A stretch of DNA of 64,000 bases from Tepidisphaera sp. (GTDB lineage Bacteria > Planctomycetota > Phycisphaerae > Phycisphaerales > UBA1924), in contig CP051526.1 of assembly GCA_050916045.1 (NCBI GenBank), positions 3,072,001-3,136,000 of the forward strand, in the 5' to 3' direction. The position numbers were made by a program, and so were the translations under genes. Below are positions 49,299-60,442 of the stretch, piece after piece (position 1 is the first letter of the stretch; every line of letters begins with the position of its first letter). The notes below the pieces were generated by a model. It was not told the origin of the DNA, searched no databases, and saw only the letters and a list, made by a program, of their open reading frames with translations.

Positions 49299-49324
49299 TC
49301 GTTGTTGGGCGTTCGCCGTTCGCC
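49297..49324. repeat. Heptamer tandem repeat (GTTCGCC-like x4)
   Basis: gttcgtt gttgggc gttcgcc gttcgcc. Confidence 0.6.
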
Positions 49325-49345
49325 CTTCCCGACTACCTTCCCCCC

Positions 49346-50104
49346 ATGTCCTTCCTCTCCGACCTCATCCTCACCGCCGTCTGCCTCTCCCTCGTCTTTG
49401 GAAGCATGGCCTTCGGCATCGCCCGCGGCCGCCGCGTGAAAGCCGAATCCAAGCCCGAGCACGAGCATCTGGGCACCATCCAGAGCGCCCTGCTCGGGCT
49501 CCTCGCCCTGCTGCTGGGGTTCGCCTTCGCCGGGGCGATGGACCGCTTCGTCGATCGGCAGGACGCCCTCGCCCGGGAGGCCAACGCCATCGGCACCGCC
49601 TACGACCGCGCCGGGCTCAGCGCCGCCCCGGAAGCCCTCCGCGGCCACCTCCGCGACTACGTCGCCATCCGCCTTGAGCTCTTCCGCGAACGCCGCGAAG
49701 CCAAAGCCCGCGAGATCATCCACCGCCTCGACCAACGCTACGGCCTCCTGCTTCAGCAAACGCTGAACGCAAGCGAAAGCACCCCCGCCCTCGCCAACCT
49801 TCTCGTCACCGGCGTGGAAGCCGTCGACAATGAGCTTTCCGCTCGAAACGCCCTCGATCGCCGCCACCTCCCGCTCGAGTTCATCGTCATCATGATCGTC
49901 GCGTCGTGCGTCGCGATGGGCACCGTCGGGTTCGGCGTCGGCATCGCCGAGCGGCGCTCCGTCGGCGCCGCCTACGCCCTCGCGGGGCTCGTGGGCGTCA
50001 CCCTGTGCATGACGCTCGACTTTGACCGGCCCGGTCAGGGCCTGATCCAGATCGACCCCGCGCCGCTTTACGAGCTCGCGGAGAAGGTCGGCGCGAAGCC
50101 CTGA
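49346..50104 (+). CDS. Membrane protein, DUF4239/bestrophin-like
   Basis: LLGLLALLLGFAF, EANAIGTAY, LDFDRPGQGLIQID. Confidence 0.75.
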   Translation: MSFLSDLILTAVCLSLVFGSMAFGIARGRRVKAESKPEHEHLGTIQSALLGLLALLLGFAFAGAMDRFVDRQDALAREANAIGTAYDRAGLSAAPEALRGHLRDYVAIRLELFRERREAKAREIIHRLDQRYGLLLQQTLNASESTPALANLLVTGVEAVDNELSARNALDRRHLPLEFIVIMIVASCVAMGTVGFGVGIAERRSVGAAYALAGLVGVTLCMTLDFDRPGQGLIQIDPAPLYELAEKVGAKP

Positions 50105-50140
50105 TCGCCCGACGCACCCGTCCCGCTCCTACCTTCCCGG

Positions 50141-51490
50141 ATGCCCCCGCCCCCCACCACGCCGAACCTCTCCGGCAGCCGCGTCACCGTCATGGGCTTG
50201 GGCGGCTTCGGCGGCGGTGTCGGCGTCACGCGGTGGCTTGCGTCGCAGGGCGCGACCGTCCTCGTCACCGACGGCAAGCCCGCGGACAAGCTCGCTTCCT
50301 CGATCGCGGCTCTCGAAGACCTCACCCGCTCGGGCGCGGTGACCCTGCGTCTGGGCGAGCACCGCGAGTCCGACTTCGCGGCCGGCCCCGTCGGGACCGG
50401 GCCCGACCTCATCGTCGTCAACCCAGCCGTTCCCACGCCGTGGAACAACCCGTATCTGCAGACCGCGGAAGCCGCGGGCGTGCCGCTGACCACCGAGATC
50501 GGCCTCGCGATCGCCACGCTCCCCCGGCGCGACCGCATCATTGCGATCACCGGCTCGGTCGGCAAGTCAACCACGAGCGCGATGATCCACCACGCCCTCA
50601 CCGGCCTGGGTGAGCACGTGATCTTCGGCGGCAACATCGGCGGCTCTCTGCTGGGCGGAAGGATCTCGGCGGAGACGTGGGTGGTTCTCGAGCTTTCGAG
50701 CTTCATGCTCCACTGGCTGGGCCGCGAGCGGTTCGCGCCCAAGGTCGGCGTCGTGACGAATCTCTCGGCCAACCACCTCGACTGGCATGTCACGCTCGAC
50801 CACTACCGAGAGAGCAAGCACAACCTCATCGCCCACCAGCACGCCGGCGACACCGCCATCCTCGGCGAAGCGAGCGTCGCCGACTGGCCCACGCCGCCGG
50901 GCGTCCAGCGCGTCCTCATCACGCCCGCCGACGGCGTCGCGGGGCTCGCGGTTCCCGGCCGTCACAACGCTCACAACGCGGCGGTCGCGACCGCGGCGGT
51001 CCGCGCGGCGATCCCCGGCGCCGACCCGGCGAAGATCCACGCGGCGCTCCGGACGTTCCCGGGCTTGTCGCACCGGTTGCAGCGCGTGGGTGTGTTCAAG
51101 GGCGTCGTCTGCTTCAACGACAGCAAGTCAACGACGCCGGAATCGACGCTTCTCGCTCTGGAAGCGATGCGTGAGGTGGGCCTCGCGCGGGTTCATCTCA
51201 TCGCGGGCGGGTACGACAAGGGTTCGGACCTCTCCCCGGTCGCGAAGATGGCGGGCGAGCTGGCGGGCTTGTACACGGTCGGGCAGACGGGCCCGGCGCT
51301 GGATGCGGCTTCGAGCGGCCGGAGCACGCCGTGCGGCACCGTCGAAGCCGCCGTCGCGGCCGCGTTCGGTCGCGCCAAGCCCGGCGATGTGCTTCTGCTC
51401 TCGCCCGCGTGCGCCTCGTGGGGGCAGTTCGAGAACTTCGAGAAGCGGGGCGAGCTCTTCGAACGCCTCGTGCGGGAGCAGGGATCATGA
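50141..51490 (+). CDS. murD: UDP-N-acetylmuramoyl-L-alanine:D-glutamate ligase
   Basis: ITGSVGKSTT, GGNIG, LELSSF, NHLDWH, HRLQ, NDSKST, LLSPACASWGQF. Confidence 0.95.
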   Translation: MPPPPTTPNLSGSRVTVMGLGGFGGGVGVTRWLASQGATVLVTDGKPADKLASSIAALEDLTRSGAVTLRLGEHRESDFAAGPVGTGPDLIVVNPAVPTPWNNPYLQTAEAAGVPLTTEIGLAIATLPRRDRIIAITGSVGKSTTSAMIHHALTGLGEHVIFGGNIGGSLLGGRISAETWVVLELSSFMLHWLGRERFAPKVGVVTNLSANHLDWHVTLDHYRESKHNLIAHQHAGDTAILGEASVADWPTPPGVQRVLITPADGVAGLAVPGRHNAHNAAVATAAVRAAIPGADPAKIHAALRTFPGLSHRLQRVGVFKGVVCFNDSKSTTPESTLLALEAMREVGLARVHLIAGGYDKGSDLSPVAKMAGELAGLYTVGQTGPALDAASSGRSTPCGTVEAAVAAAFGRAKPGDVLLLSPACASWGQFENFEKRGELFERLVREQGS

Positions 51491-52350
51491 GCACGCGTGC
51501 CACGACCGCCACGATCGGCCTCGCTTTCCTGCTCGCCGGGTGCGGAACACGCACGCCCGTGCCCACACCGACGGCTCCTGAGCCGCGACAGGCGGACGCC
51601 CCGCAACCCGCCACGCCCGCTCAAGCTCCCGCGATCGTCGAGCCTTCGCCAACCCCGCCCGCTCCGCCCACCACTCCCCAAGCGACTCCCAAAGCCGCTC
51701 CGCCCGTCCGCGAGGTCTTCCCCGGTGTCCGCCTCGACATCGCCAAGCGGGCCGTCGAATTTGACGGCGAGATCGCTCGCGGCATGGGCCAGGGCGCGCT
51801 CACGTACCTCGAGGTGCTGGCGTGCCGGCCGAACACGCGTGAGCATGAATCGGTCGTCATGGCGCAAGCGCTTCCGTCCCACCTGCACGCGGCGCTGCTT
51901 CTGGCGGGGGCGTTGCCGGGCAAGCCGGGCTCGTGGACCTGGGACAACGATGCCAAGACGCTCACGCCGCACCCGCCGGCGGGTGATGCTCTCATCGTGA
52001 CGGTCGCGTGGGAGCAGGACGGCACGAGGATCGTGAAGCCCCTCACCGACCTCGTCCAAAGCAAGAAGGACAACTCCACGCTCACCTCCACCCGCGAGGG
52101 TTTCGTCTTCGCGGGCTCGGCGTTTCTTCAGCGGCGGCCCGACCGGCCTTACGCCGCCGACGTCTCGGGCACGCTCATCGGGCTTTGCACGTTCGGCGAT
52201 GAGCCCGTGGCGTGGACGAAGATCATCAGCCACGAGGAGTCCGTCGAGGATCCCGCGTGGACGCTCAGCTCTGCCGCTCCACCCGCCGGAACCAAGGTCA
52301 TCGTCCGCATCGAACTCCCCGCCGACGCCGCGGCCAAGCCGGCCCGCTGA
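51487..52350 (+). CDS. YdjY-domain lipoprotein
   Basis: Lipobox LAGC; LEVLAC...REHES, PSHLHAALLL, FVFAGS; ATGA overlap with murD. Confidence 0.75.
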   Translation: MSTRATTATIGLAFLLAGCGTRTPVPTPTAPEPRQADAPQPATPAQAPAIVEPSPTPPAPPTTPQATPKAAPPVREVFPGVRLDIAKRAVEFDGEIARGMGQGALTYLEVLACRPNTREHESVVMAQALPSHLHAALLLAGALPGKPGSWTWDNDAKTLTPHPPAGDALIVTVAWEQDGTRIVKPLTDLVQSKKDNSTLTSTREGFVFAGSAFLQRRPDRPYAADVSGTLIGLCTFGDEPVAWTKIISHEESVEDPAWTLSSAAPPAGTKVIVRIELPADAAAKPAR

Positions 52351-52406
52351 CCCCATCCGACAAGCCGCGACAAGCTGTCACACCCAACCCGTCGTATCAT
52401 CCTCCG

Positions 52407-52967
52407 GTGATCGCCGCACTATCCATCCTGATCCCCGTGCTCCTCGCGACAAGCGTGCAGCCGGGCTCGGACCAGCCCTGGCGAAGCAAGGACCTCAAGC
52501 CCGCCGGCGGAAGCGACGCGAGCACCCTCTCGCGCGGCCTCTCCAACGACACCAGCAGCGTCGATGACGGCATCGGGTTCGGAAAGGTCTACGAGCTCCC
52601 CCGCCGCCGCGGCGACCCGAGGCGCTTCGCCCGGTTCAACGGCGCGGTCGTCGCGGTCTTCCCCATGTCGACGTACGCGAGCACGCCATCGGGCGAGATT
52701 CCGACCATTCCGCCAGGCACCACCTACTACCTCGGAGCCGACTGGTTCCGACGCCTGACGTCTGACCCCGCGGCCGCCGACGCTCCCGGCCTCCTCGACG
52801 CCCACACCGGCGTCGACCAGTCCGTCCCAAGCCAGACCACCAACGCCGTCGATTCCCGCGCCAAGCCCAGAATCATCCGTGGCGACACCGAGGTCCGTGA
52901 GCCGCGCTCCATCTGGACCGACGAGACCTTCCGCAAGCAGCGACTCGACAGGCTCCTCGGCGGCTGA
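52407..52967 (+). CDS. Exported hypothetical protein
   Basis: Hydrophobic N-terminus; AVFPMSTY...IPPGTTYY; start inferred. Confidence 0.65.
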   Translation: MIAALSILIPVLLATSVQPGSDQPWRSKDLKPAGGSDASTLSRGLSNDTSSVDDGIGFGKVYELPRRRGDPRRFARFNGAVVAVFPMSTYASTPSGEIPTIPPGTTYYLGADWFRRLTSDPAAADAPGLLDAHTGVDQSVPSQTTNAVDSRAKPRIIRGDTEVREPRSIWTDETFRKQRLDRLLGG

Positions 52968-53016
52968 CCCGCCGCTTTGCCGGGCAAACATCGCGGCCGA
53001 ACGGCCCAAAAATGAA

Positions 53017-53044
53017 CGACGCCCTCGGAAGGCCGAGAGCGTCG
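53017..53044 (-). terminator. Intrinsic terminator after tRNA-Gly
   Basis: CGACGC.CTCGG-loop-CCGAG.GCGTCG hairpin followed by TTCATTTTT on the minus strand. Confidence 0.65.
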
Positions 53045-53046
53045 AA

Positions 53047-53118
53047 AGCGGGCGACGAGGCTTGAACTCGTGACCTACGCGTTGGGAACGCGTCGCTCTA
53101 CCACTGAGCTACGCCCGC
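53047..53118 (-). tRNA. tRNA-Gly(CCC), CCA not encoded
   Basis: Reverse complement GCGGGCGTAGCTCAGTGGTAGAGCGACGCGTTCCCAACGCGTAGGTCACGAGTTCAAGCCTCGTCGCCCGCT. Confidence 0.96.
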
Positions 53119-53168
53119 ATGCCCCGAGTATACGCGGTGAGCCGCGCCGGGGACAACCCTGCTGAATC

Positions 53169-53780
53169 TCAGCGAACCGGCGCCAGCGGGTCGGCTTCCG
53201 GAACCCCGGTCATCGACTCGCGGGTCCGCTTCACCAGCCCGAACCAGATCAGGCAGAACACCGGCCAGGCCACCGAAAGCGCGACCGTCAGCGCCGTCAT
53301 CACATTCTGGGCTCCGGCGCCCATCTGCGCGCCGCCCTGAGAAGCCCACTGGCTGTCGCCGTTGGCCTGCACCCACGCCTGAAGGTTGTTCTGGTACTGA
53401 ATCGCGAAGTAGGTGTACGCCGCCGTCCCGGCGATGCTCAGCACCGCGTAGACCAGGTGGGCGAGCCGGCCCGCCGACGAACGCTTGATCGTCAGGGCCC
53501 CCGCGATGATGAGGATGATCGTGACCACCACCCCGAACGCCAGCATGCCGATCATTGGGGGCGACGGGACCAGTTCCTTGGGAGCAGGACCCATCTGCTG
53601 CTCGGCCGCTTTGAGGATCTGCGGCATGAACATGAAGTACACCGTACCCATGCCTCCGCAGCACGTGCCAAGCGAACCCCAGATGATGCTCAGGATGCCC
53701 ACGATCTTCGGCCACTGAGGCACTTCGACGTAGACCTCTTCGTACGCGACCTGCGGCGCAGGATTCTGCATATCGCTCAT
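53169..53780 (-). CDS. Four-TM hypothetical membrane protein
   Basis: GGAGG RBS; WPKIVGILSII..G; four hydrophobic helices. Confidence 0.8.
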   Translation of the reverse strand: MSDMQNPAPQVAYEEVYVEVPQWPKIVGILSIIWGSLGTCCGGMGTVYFMFMPQILKAAEQQMGPAPKELVPSPPMIGMLAFGVVVTIILIIAGALTIKRSSAGRLAHLVYAVLSIAGTAAYTYFAIQYQNNLQAWVQANGDSQWASQGGAQMGAGAQNVMTALTVALSVAWPVFCLIWFGLVKRTRESMTGVPEADPLAPVR

Positions 53781-53889
53781 TGACCGTACCTCCACGAAGG
53801 AAAGACCCTCTCAAGCGGCCGATGGACCCTCCATCGAGCTCACTCCGCCCCCGGGGTCCGACAGCCTTCTGATCTACCGGTTCGCGGCT

Positions 53890-54927
53890 TCAAAGCTGCT
53901 GCAGGAACCGGATGTCGTTCTCGAACAGCATCCGGATGTCCGGGATCCCGTACTTGCCCATCGCAAGCCGCTCGATCCCGAACCCGAACGCAAACCCGCG
54001 CCATTCCTCGGGATCCACCCCGCACGCTTTCAGCACGTTCGGATGCACCATCCCGCAGCCGCCAAGCTCCATCCACCGCACCGGCTGCTCAGGCCGCAAG
54101 CGGATCTTCATGTCGAACTCCGCGCTCGGCTCGGTGAACGGGAAGAACGACGGCCGAAGCCGGACCTCCGCGTCCTTTCCGAAGTACGCCCGCGCGAAGT
54201 GAAGAAGCGTGCTCTTGAGATCCACCATCGAGACATCACGGTCCAGATACAAGCCTTCGATCTGGTGGAACATGAACGAGTGCGTCGCGTCCACGGTGTC
54301 GGGCCGGTAGACGCGGCCCGGCGCCACGATCTTGATCGGCGCCGTCAGCTTGCCTCCGCCCGCCGCGACCGCGGCTTCCATCACGCGGATCTGCACCGTG
54401 CTGGTCTGGCTGCGGAGCATGCGCGGCCGCGCCGAGGTCCGCGGATCATCGACGTAGAAGTTGTCGATGGGGTCGCGAGCGGGGTGTGCCGGGGGGATGT
54501 TGAGCTTGATGAAGTTGTGCTCGTCGTCCTCGAGCTCGGGCCCGTCGGCGACCTCGAACCCCATGCGGGCGAAGACCTCGCCAAGCTCATCGCGGACGCG
54601 GGTGATGATGTGCCGGCGACCCTGAGCCCAGGTCTGGACGAATCCGGGCTCGGTCACGTCGATCAGTTCGTCCGTCGAGGGCTTGTCGCCCAGGCTGGCC
54701 CGGCGGGATTCCAAAGCCTGCTCCAGCGCGGCCCGAGCGGCGTTCAGGGCAGCTCCCACCGACGGCTTCTGGTCCTTGGGCACGTCGCGAAGCTTCCCCA
54801 TCAGGTCGGCGAGGGGGCCGGACTTGCCCAGATTCGCGGCCTTCCAAGCGTCGAGCGCCGCGTGGTCGGCGGCGGCGGCCAGAGAGGCCAGCGAGGTGTC
54901 ACGGGCGGCGTTGATAGCGTCGAGCAT
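53890..54927 (-). CDS. pheS: Phenylalanine-tRNA ligase alpha subunit
   Basis: HPARD, LRSQTSTVQIR, GRVYR.D..DATHSFMFHQIEG, FFPFTEPS, GFAFGFGIERL. Confidence 0.97.
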   Translation of the reverse strand: MLDAINAARDTSLASLAAAADHAALDAWKAANLGKSGPLADLMGKLRDVPKDQKPSVGAALNAARAALEQALESRRASLGDKPSTDELIDVTEPGFVQTWAQGRRHIITRVRDELGEVFARMGFEVADGPELEDDEHNFIKLNIPPAHPARDPIDNFYVDDPRTSARPRMLRSQTSTVQIRVMEAAVAAGGGKLTAPIKIVAPGRVYRPDTVDATHSFMFHQIEGLYLDRDVSMVDLKSTLLHFARAYFGKDAEVRLRPSFFPFTEPSAEFDMKIRLRPEQPVRWMELGGCGMVHPNVLKACGVDPEEWRGFAFGFGIERLAMGKYGIPDIRMLFENDIRFLQQL

Positions 54928-54967
54928 GGGGACAAGCGTAGGGGGACGCGACCGCCAAAAACAAAGA

Positions 54968-54995
54968 ACGCCCGCGTGCCGAAGCACACGGGCGT
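54968..54995 (-). terminator. Intrinsic terminator after the Cys-rich lipoprotein gene
   Basis: ACGCCCG.GTGC-loop-GCAC.CGGGCGT hairpin followed by TCTTTGTTTTT on the minus strand. Confidence 0.7.
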
Positions 54996-55027
54996 CATGG
55001 TTCGAACGTGGCTTTGCAGCCGCGGTC

Positions 55028-55273
55028 TTAGTTCATCTTCTTCTCGGTGCAGGAAGAAGAGGCGCTACAGCCGGCCTTCGCCGCGCCGCACTCTTTCTTC
55101 TCGCCGGCGACCATGCCCGGGGCCGCTTTGGCCTTGTCGGTGCAAGCGGCTTCGGAAGCGCAGCACTTCTTCTCGCCCGCGACCATGCCAGCGGAGGCAT
55201 CGGTCTTCGTGGAGGCGCAACCGGCAGCCATGGCAACAACACCGCAAACCGCAACAGCAAAGATACGCTTCAT
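55028..55273 (-). CDS. Small Cys-rich lipoprotein with duplicated GMVAGEKK motif
   Basis: AGGAG RBS, lipobox AAGC, 72-nt-spaced internal repeat, own terminator. Confidence 0.8.
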   Translation of the reverse strand: MKRIFAVAVCGVVAMAAGCASTKTDASAGMVAGEKKCCASEAACTDKAKAAPGMVAGEKKECGAAKAGCSASSSCTEKKMN

Positions 55274-55434
55274 CGGAAACTCCTGAACAGGTGTACACGG
55301 GGTGATCAATCCCCGCGAGGGCCGAGTTCCGCCCGGTCCACAAAGGACCAGCGCCCGGAACTCGGTCGGACGATCGTACACCGTTGGATGTCCAAAGGTT
55401 CGGTTGGGTTCCACAAGTTCGGCCGCGGGAATGA

Positions 55435-55457
55435 AAAAACCCCGGTGGAAGCCGGGG
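55435..55457 (-). terminator. Terminator of the alpha operon
   Basis: CCCCGG-loop-CCGGGG then TTTTT on the minus strand, after rplQ. Confidence 0.75.
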
Positions 55458-55482
55458 CTTGTTCTAGATCTGTAAGGTTTTC

Positions 55483-56106
55483 TCAGGCGGTCGCCGGGGC
55501 GTCCTTGCGGACCTTGGCGGCGAAAGCGGTCCGCTTGTCGGCCTTGCGGCGGCGGGTCGAAGCCTTGCCACCGATCTCCGGGCCCTCTTCGTTGCCGCAG
55601 AACTGCAGCAGGCAGAGCTCGGCGGCGTCACCGATGCGGTGGCGGCCGAGACGGATGATGCGGGTGTAGCCGCCGGCGCGATCGGCGAAACGCTTGGCGA
55701 CGTTCTCGACGATGTGGGCCGTGAGCGACGGGGCTTTGCGGACCTCGCCGAAGCGGTTGCGCTCAACCGTGGAGGAATCCGGGATGTCGAAGAAGCCCTT
55801 GGCGCGGTCGCGGAGGGTCTCGACGTGGGCGGTTTCCTGCTCGGTGGGCTTCTTGGGGAGGTAGATCCAGTCGAACGCCTTGCGGTCGCGGCCGAGCTTG
55901 GCGGCGATCGAGCGGCGGACGTGCTGGTTGTCCCCACGCTTGGCGAGGGTGACGATCTTCTCGACGAACGGCTGAACGCACTTGGCTTTCTGCTCCGTCG
56001 TCACGATCTGGCCGTGTTGGAACAGGGCGATCGCGAGGTTGCGAAGCGTCGACAGCCGGTGGGCAGTCGTACGACCAAGGCGGTATCCGGCTCTGCGGTG
56101 GCGCAT
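55483..56106 (-). CDS. rplQ: 50S ribosomal protein L17
   Basis: MRHRRAGYRLGRTTAHR, RAGGYTRII, RIGDAAE. Confidence 0.96.
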   Translation of the reverse strand: MRHRRAGYRLGRTTAHRLSTLRNLAIALFQHGQIVTTEQKAKCVQPFVEKIVTLAKRGDNQHVRRSIAAKLGRDRKAFDWIYLPKKPTEQETAHVETLRDRAKGFFDIPDSSTVERNRFGEVRKAPSLTAHIVENVAKRFADRAGGYTRIIRLGRHRIGDAAELCLLQFCGNEEGPEIGGKASTRRRKADKRTAFAAKVRKDAPATA

Positions 56107-56239
56107 GACTCAAACTCCGAAACAGGGGGCGGGGTTTCCGTCCCCGAAAGACAGGTCGTGATGATAGGCCGCCATCGACCCCCCCACCACCGCCGCGAGA
56201 ACTTCTCGGGACGGGGGCGGGGCAACGTACAGAACCGAC

Positions 56240-57259
56240 TTACTGAGCCGGGATCTCCGGCTTGGTGACCGAGTAGCCGTCGGGCATCGACATGCCGAAG
56301 TCCAGGCCGATGTCCATGAGCTTGCGCTTGACTTCGCGGAGCGAGGTCTTGCCGAAGGACCGGAGCTTGAGGAGCTCGGGTTCGGTGAAGCTGACGAGCT
56401 GGGCCACCGTGTCGATGCGGGCGGATTCGAGGCAGTTGGACGCGCGGACGGAGAGGTCCAGGTCCGCGATGGGCATGTTGAGCTTGCGGATGAGGTCCTC
56501 ATCCACGCTCGCCGCCGCGGCCGCTTCCTCGGAGATGCGGTCCTCGCCCAGGTCGAAGTACTGGACGAAGGGGTTGAGGTGCTTGCGGAGGATCTTGCCG
56601 GCTTCGACGATCGACATCTCGGGCGTGATCGTGCCGTTGGTCCAGACCTCAAGCGTGAGCTTGTCGTAGTTGGTGCGCTGGCCGACGCGGGTTTCCTCGA
56701 TGCGGTAGCGGACGCGCTGGACCGGCGAGTAGAGGGCGTCGACGTGGATCAGGCCGACTTCCTGGTCCTCTTCCGTCGCGTAACGCTCGGAAGCGGGGAC
56801 GTAGCCGCGGCCCTTGCCGACGTGGAGCTCCATCTCGAACTCGATCTTGTCCGTCAGGGTCGCGATCACCAGGTCCTTGTTGAGGACGGTGATGGCGGTG
56901 TCGGCGGAGATCATGTCCGCGGTGACCTCGCCCGGACCGCGAGCGGCGAGCTTCATCGTCTTGGGCTCATCGCCCTCGAGCTTGACGATCAGGTTCTTGA
57001 CGTTGAGGACGATGTCGGTGACGTCTTCCATCACGCCGGGCATCGACTGGAACTCGTGCTGAGCACCCTTGATTTTGATCGCGGTGACCGACGCGCCCTC
57101 AAGCGAGGAGAGGAGCACGCGGCGGAGGGAGTTGCCGATCGTGGTTCCGAAACCACGCTCGAACGGCTCGACATAGAACCGGCCGTAGTTGGTGCCGGTG
57201 TAGCGAGGATCGGCGACCACGTGCGACGGGAGTTCAAGGCCACGCCAACGGTACCTCAT
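56240..57259 (-). CDS. rpoA: RNA polymerase alpha subunit
   Basis: EPFERGFGTTIGNSLRRVLLSS, DALYSPV, LSVRASNCL. Confidence 0.98.
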   Translation of the reverse strand: MRYRWRGLELPSHVVADPRYTGTNYGRFYVEPFERGFGTTIGNSLRRVLLSSLEGASVTAIKIKGAQHEFQSMPGVMEDVTDIVLNVKNLIVKLEGDEPKTMKLAARGPGEVTADMISADTAITVLNKDLVIATLTDKIEFEMELHVGKGRGYVPASERYATEEDQEVGLIHVDALYSPVQRVRYRIEETRVGQRTNYDKLTLEVWTNGTITPEMSIVEAGKILRKHLNPFVQYFDLGEDRISEEAAAAASVDEDLIRKLNMPIADLDLSVRASNCLESARIDTVAQLVSFTEPELLKLRSFGKTSLREVKRKLMDIGLDFGMSMPDGYSVTKPEIPAQ

Positions 57260-57434
57260 GATGATGTCCCCTAAGCAGCAGACAGACCCGGACAGGACTT
57301 TCGCCACAATCGCGGTTCACGGCACGTTTCCGGCTCTGCTGAACAGCCTGGAACGACCTTCTGACCGGGGCGAACTCATGGGCGCTCACGCCCACGGCAA
57401 GCCGAGGGTGAGAGCGCGGAGACGGTTTCGAGCT

Positions 57435-57806
57435 TTAGACGCGGCGACGCTTCGCGGGGCGGCAGCCGTTGTGCGGGACCGGGGTGTGGTCCTCGATCGC
57501 GGTGACGCGGAGACCGGTGGAGACCAGGCCGTTGACGGCGCTCTCGCGACCGCCGCCGGCGCCGGTGATCCGGACCTCAACCTCGGACATGCCCATCTTG
57601 CGGACCTTCTGGCCGCAGGTTTCGGCGGCCCGGGTCGCGGCGAAGGGGGTGCTCTTGCGGCAGCCCTTGAACCCGATCGTGCCGGCCGAGTCCCACGCGA
57701 CCGTCTCGCCGTTCATGTCGGTGATGGTCACGATGGTGTTGTTGTTGGTCGCGCGGACGTGCGCGATGCCGCGAACCACGTTCTTCCGGATCTTGCCCTT
57801 GGACAT
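57435..57806 (-). CDS. rpsK: 30S ribosomal protein S11
   Basis: NNTIVTITD, RKSTPFAA, TPVPHNGCRP. Confidence 0.98.
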   Translation of the reverse strand: MSKGKIRKNVVRGIAHVRATNNNTIVTITDMNGETVAWDSAGTIGFKGCRKSTPFAATRAAETCGQKVRKMGMSEVEVRITGAGGGRESAVNGLVSTGLRVTAIEDHTPVPHNGCRPAKRRRV

Positions 57807-57923
57807 CGATACCTCGCTGCGGATCCTCCGACACGATGTGTCGTCCCCGCGTGTGATGCTTCCGAATCGCGGGCGACGCTCCGGGTTTCACCCCTGGCTG
57901 ACGCCCGTGAACAATCCGACGGA

Positions 57924-58304
57924 TTACTTGGACTTGACCGACTTCTTGCCGGCCACGGTCTTCTTCTTGCCCTTGCGCGTGCGGGCGTTGGACTGCGTCC
58001 GCTGGCCACGCGTGGGAAGCCCCTTGCGGTGGCGATCGCCGCGGTAGGACTTGATGTCCTTCAGCCGCTGGATGTGCTGCTGCGTCTGGCGGCGGAGCGC
58101 ACCCTCCACGAGGTAGTTGGCGTCGATCAGCGCCGTGATCTGAGCCAGCTGCGTCTCAGAGACTTCGCTCGCCCTGGTCTCAGGGTTGATCTTCGCTTCG
58201 TCCAGAATCAGCTTGGCGACATGCTCGCCGATGCCGTGGATGTACTGAAGGGCGAAGAAGATCTTCTTCTTGTCCGGAACGTCGATACCCGCGATACGTG
58301 GCAC
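57924..58304 (-). CDS. rpsM: 30S ribosomal protein S13
   Basis: MPRIAGIDVP, YRGDRHRKGLPTRGQRT. Confidence 0.98.
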   Translation of the reverse strand: MPRIAGIDVPDKKKIFFALQYIHGIGEHVAKLILDEAKINPETRASEVSETQLAQITALIDANYLVEGALRRQTQQHIQRLKDIKSYRGDRHRKGLPTRGQRTQSNARTRKGKKKTVAGKKSVKSK

Positions 58305-58380
58305 GCCGAGGCTCCTCTAACGCTTGAACTTGGCCCGAGCCGACCCTGGGCCGGCGGACCGATGCGGTGAAAGACTGAAA

Positions 58381-58497
58381 TTAACCCTGGACCTGCTTGT
58401 GCTTGGGGTCGCTCTTGCAGATCACGCGGACCTTGCCTTTGCGACGAACGATCTGGCAAGCACCGCAAACCCGACGAACGCTGGCTTTGACCTTCAC
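58381..58497 (-). CDS. rpmJ: 50S ribosomal protein L36 (Zn-ribbon type), not in the ORF track
   Basis: Manual translation from [41 protein letters not shown]. Confidence 0.96.
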   Translation of the reverse strand: MKVKASVRRVCGACQIVRRKGKVRVICKSDPKHKQVQG

Positions 58498-58728
58498 GAT
58501 TCACCTTCCGTGCCGGTCAACCGGCGGTGAAACCGGCTTGGGATCGCTCCGTGCGCCGGTGTGGTGACTGATGAATCCCGGTTCGCCGCCGAACCGGGGA
58601 CAAGAGTGTACTCTAGACCTAAACCCACCCAAAGTCCCGCTCGGGACGCGACAAACTCTACACGAAAATCACACCGCCGACCGAGAGCCGCCCCAGACAC
58701 CCGAATCGGAACCCTCACAGAATCCAAA

Positions 58729-59007
58729 TCAAGGACGGGGCGGGGTATAGGTTGATCCCTGAGGAGGGGGCGGACCGCCGCCGCCGTGGCGGAAGGTGAT
58801 CCGTGCTTTGGACAGGTCGTAGGGGCTGATCTCCACCGTCACGCGGTCGCCGGGCAGGATGCGGATGTAGTTCATCCTCATCTTGCCCGAGACGTACGCG
58901 AGGACCTGCGTCTTTTGCTCGTTGGGCAGGCGGACCTTGAACATCGCGTTGGGCAATGCTTCGGTGACCTCTCCCTCGAACGTGAACTTGTCATCCTGTT
59001 TGCCCAT
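58729..59007 (-). CDS. infA: Translation initiation factor IF-1
   Basis: [37 protein letters not shown]. Confidence 0.97.
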   Translation of the reverse strand: MGKQDDKFTFEGEVTEALPNAMFKVRLPNEQKTQVLAYVSGKMRMNYIRILPGDRVTVEISPYDLSKARITFRHGGGGPPPPQGSTYTPPRP

Positions 59008-59062
59008 AAGGCTTGCGCTTCTCCTGGTTCTTCGGCCGGCGATCATGCGCCGGCCGGGTTGG

Positions 59063-60442
<1,380 letters not shown>

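Noticed and set aside
53047..53118. tRNA-Gly as an integration site
   Set aside because: No adjacent integrase, duplication or compositional shift.
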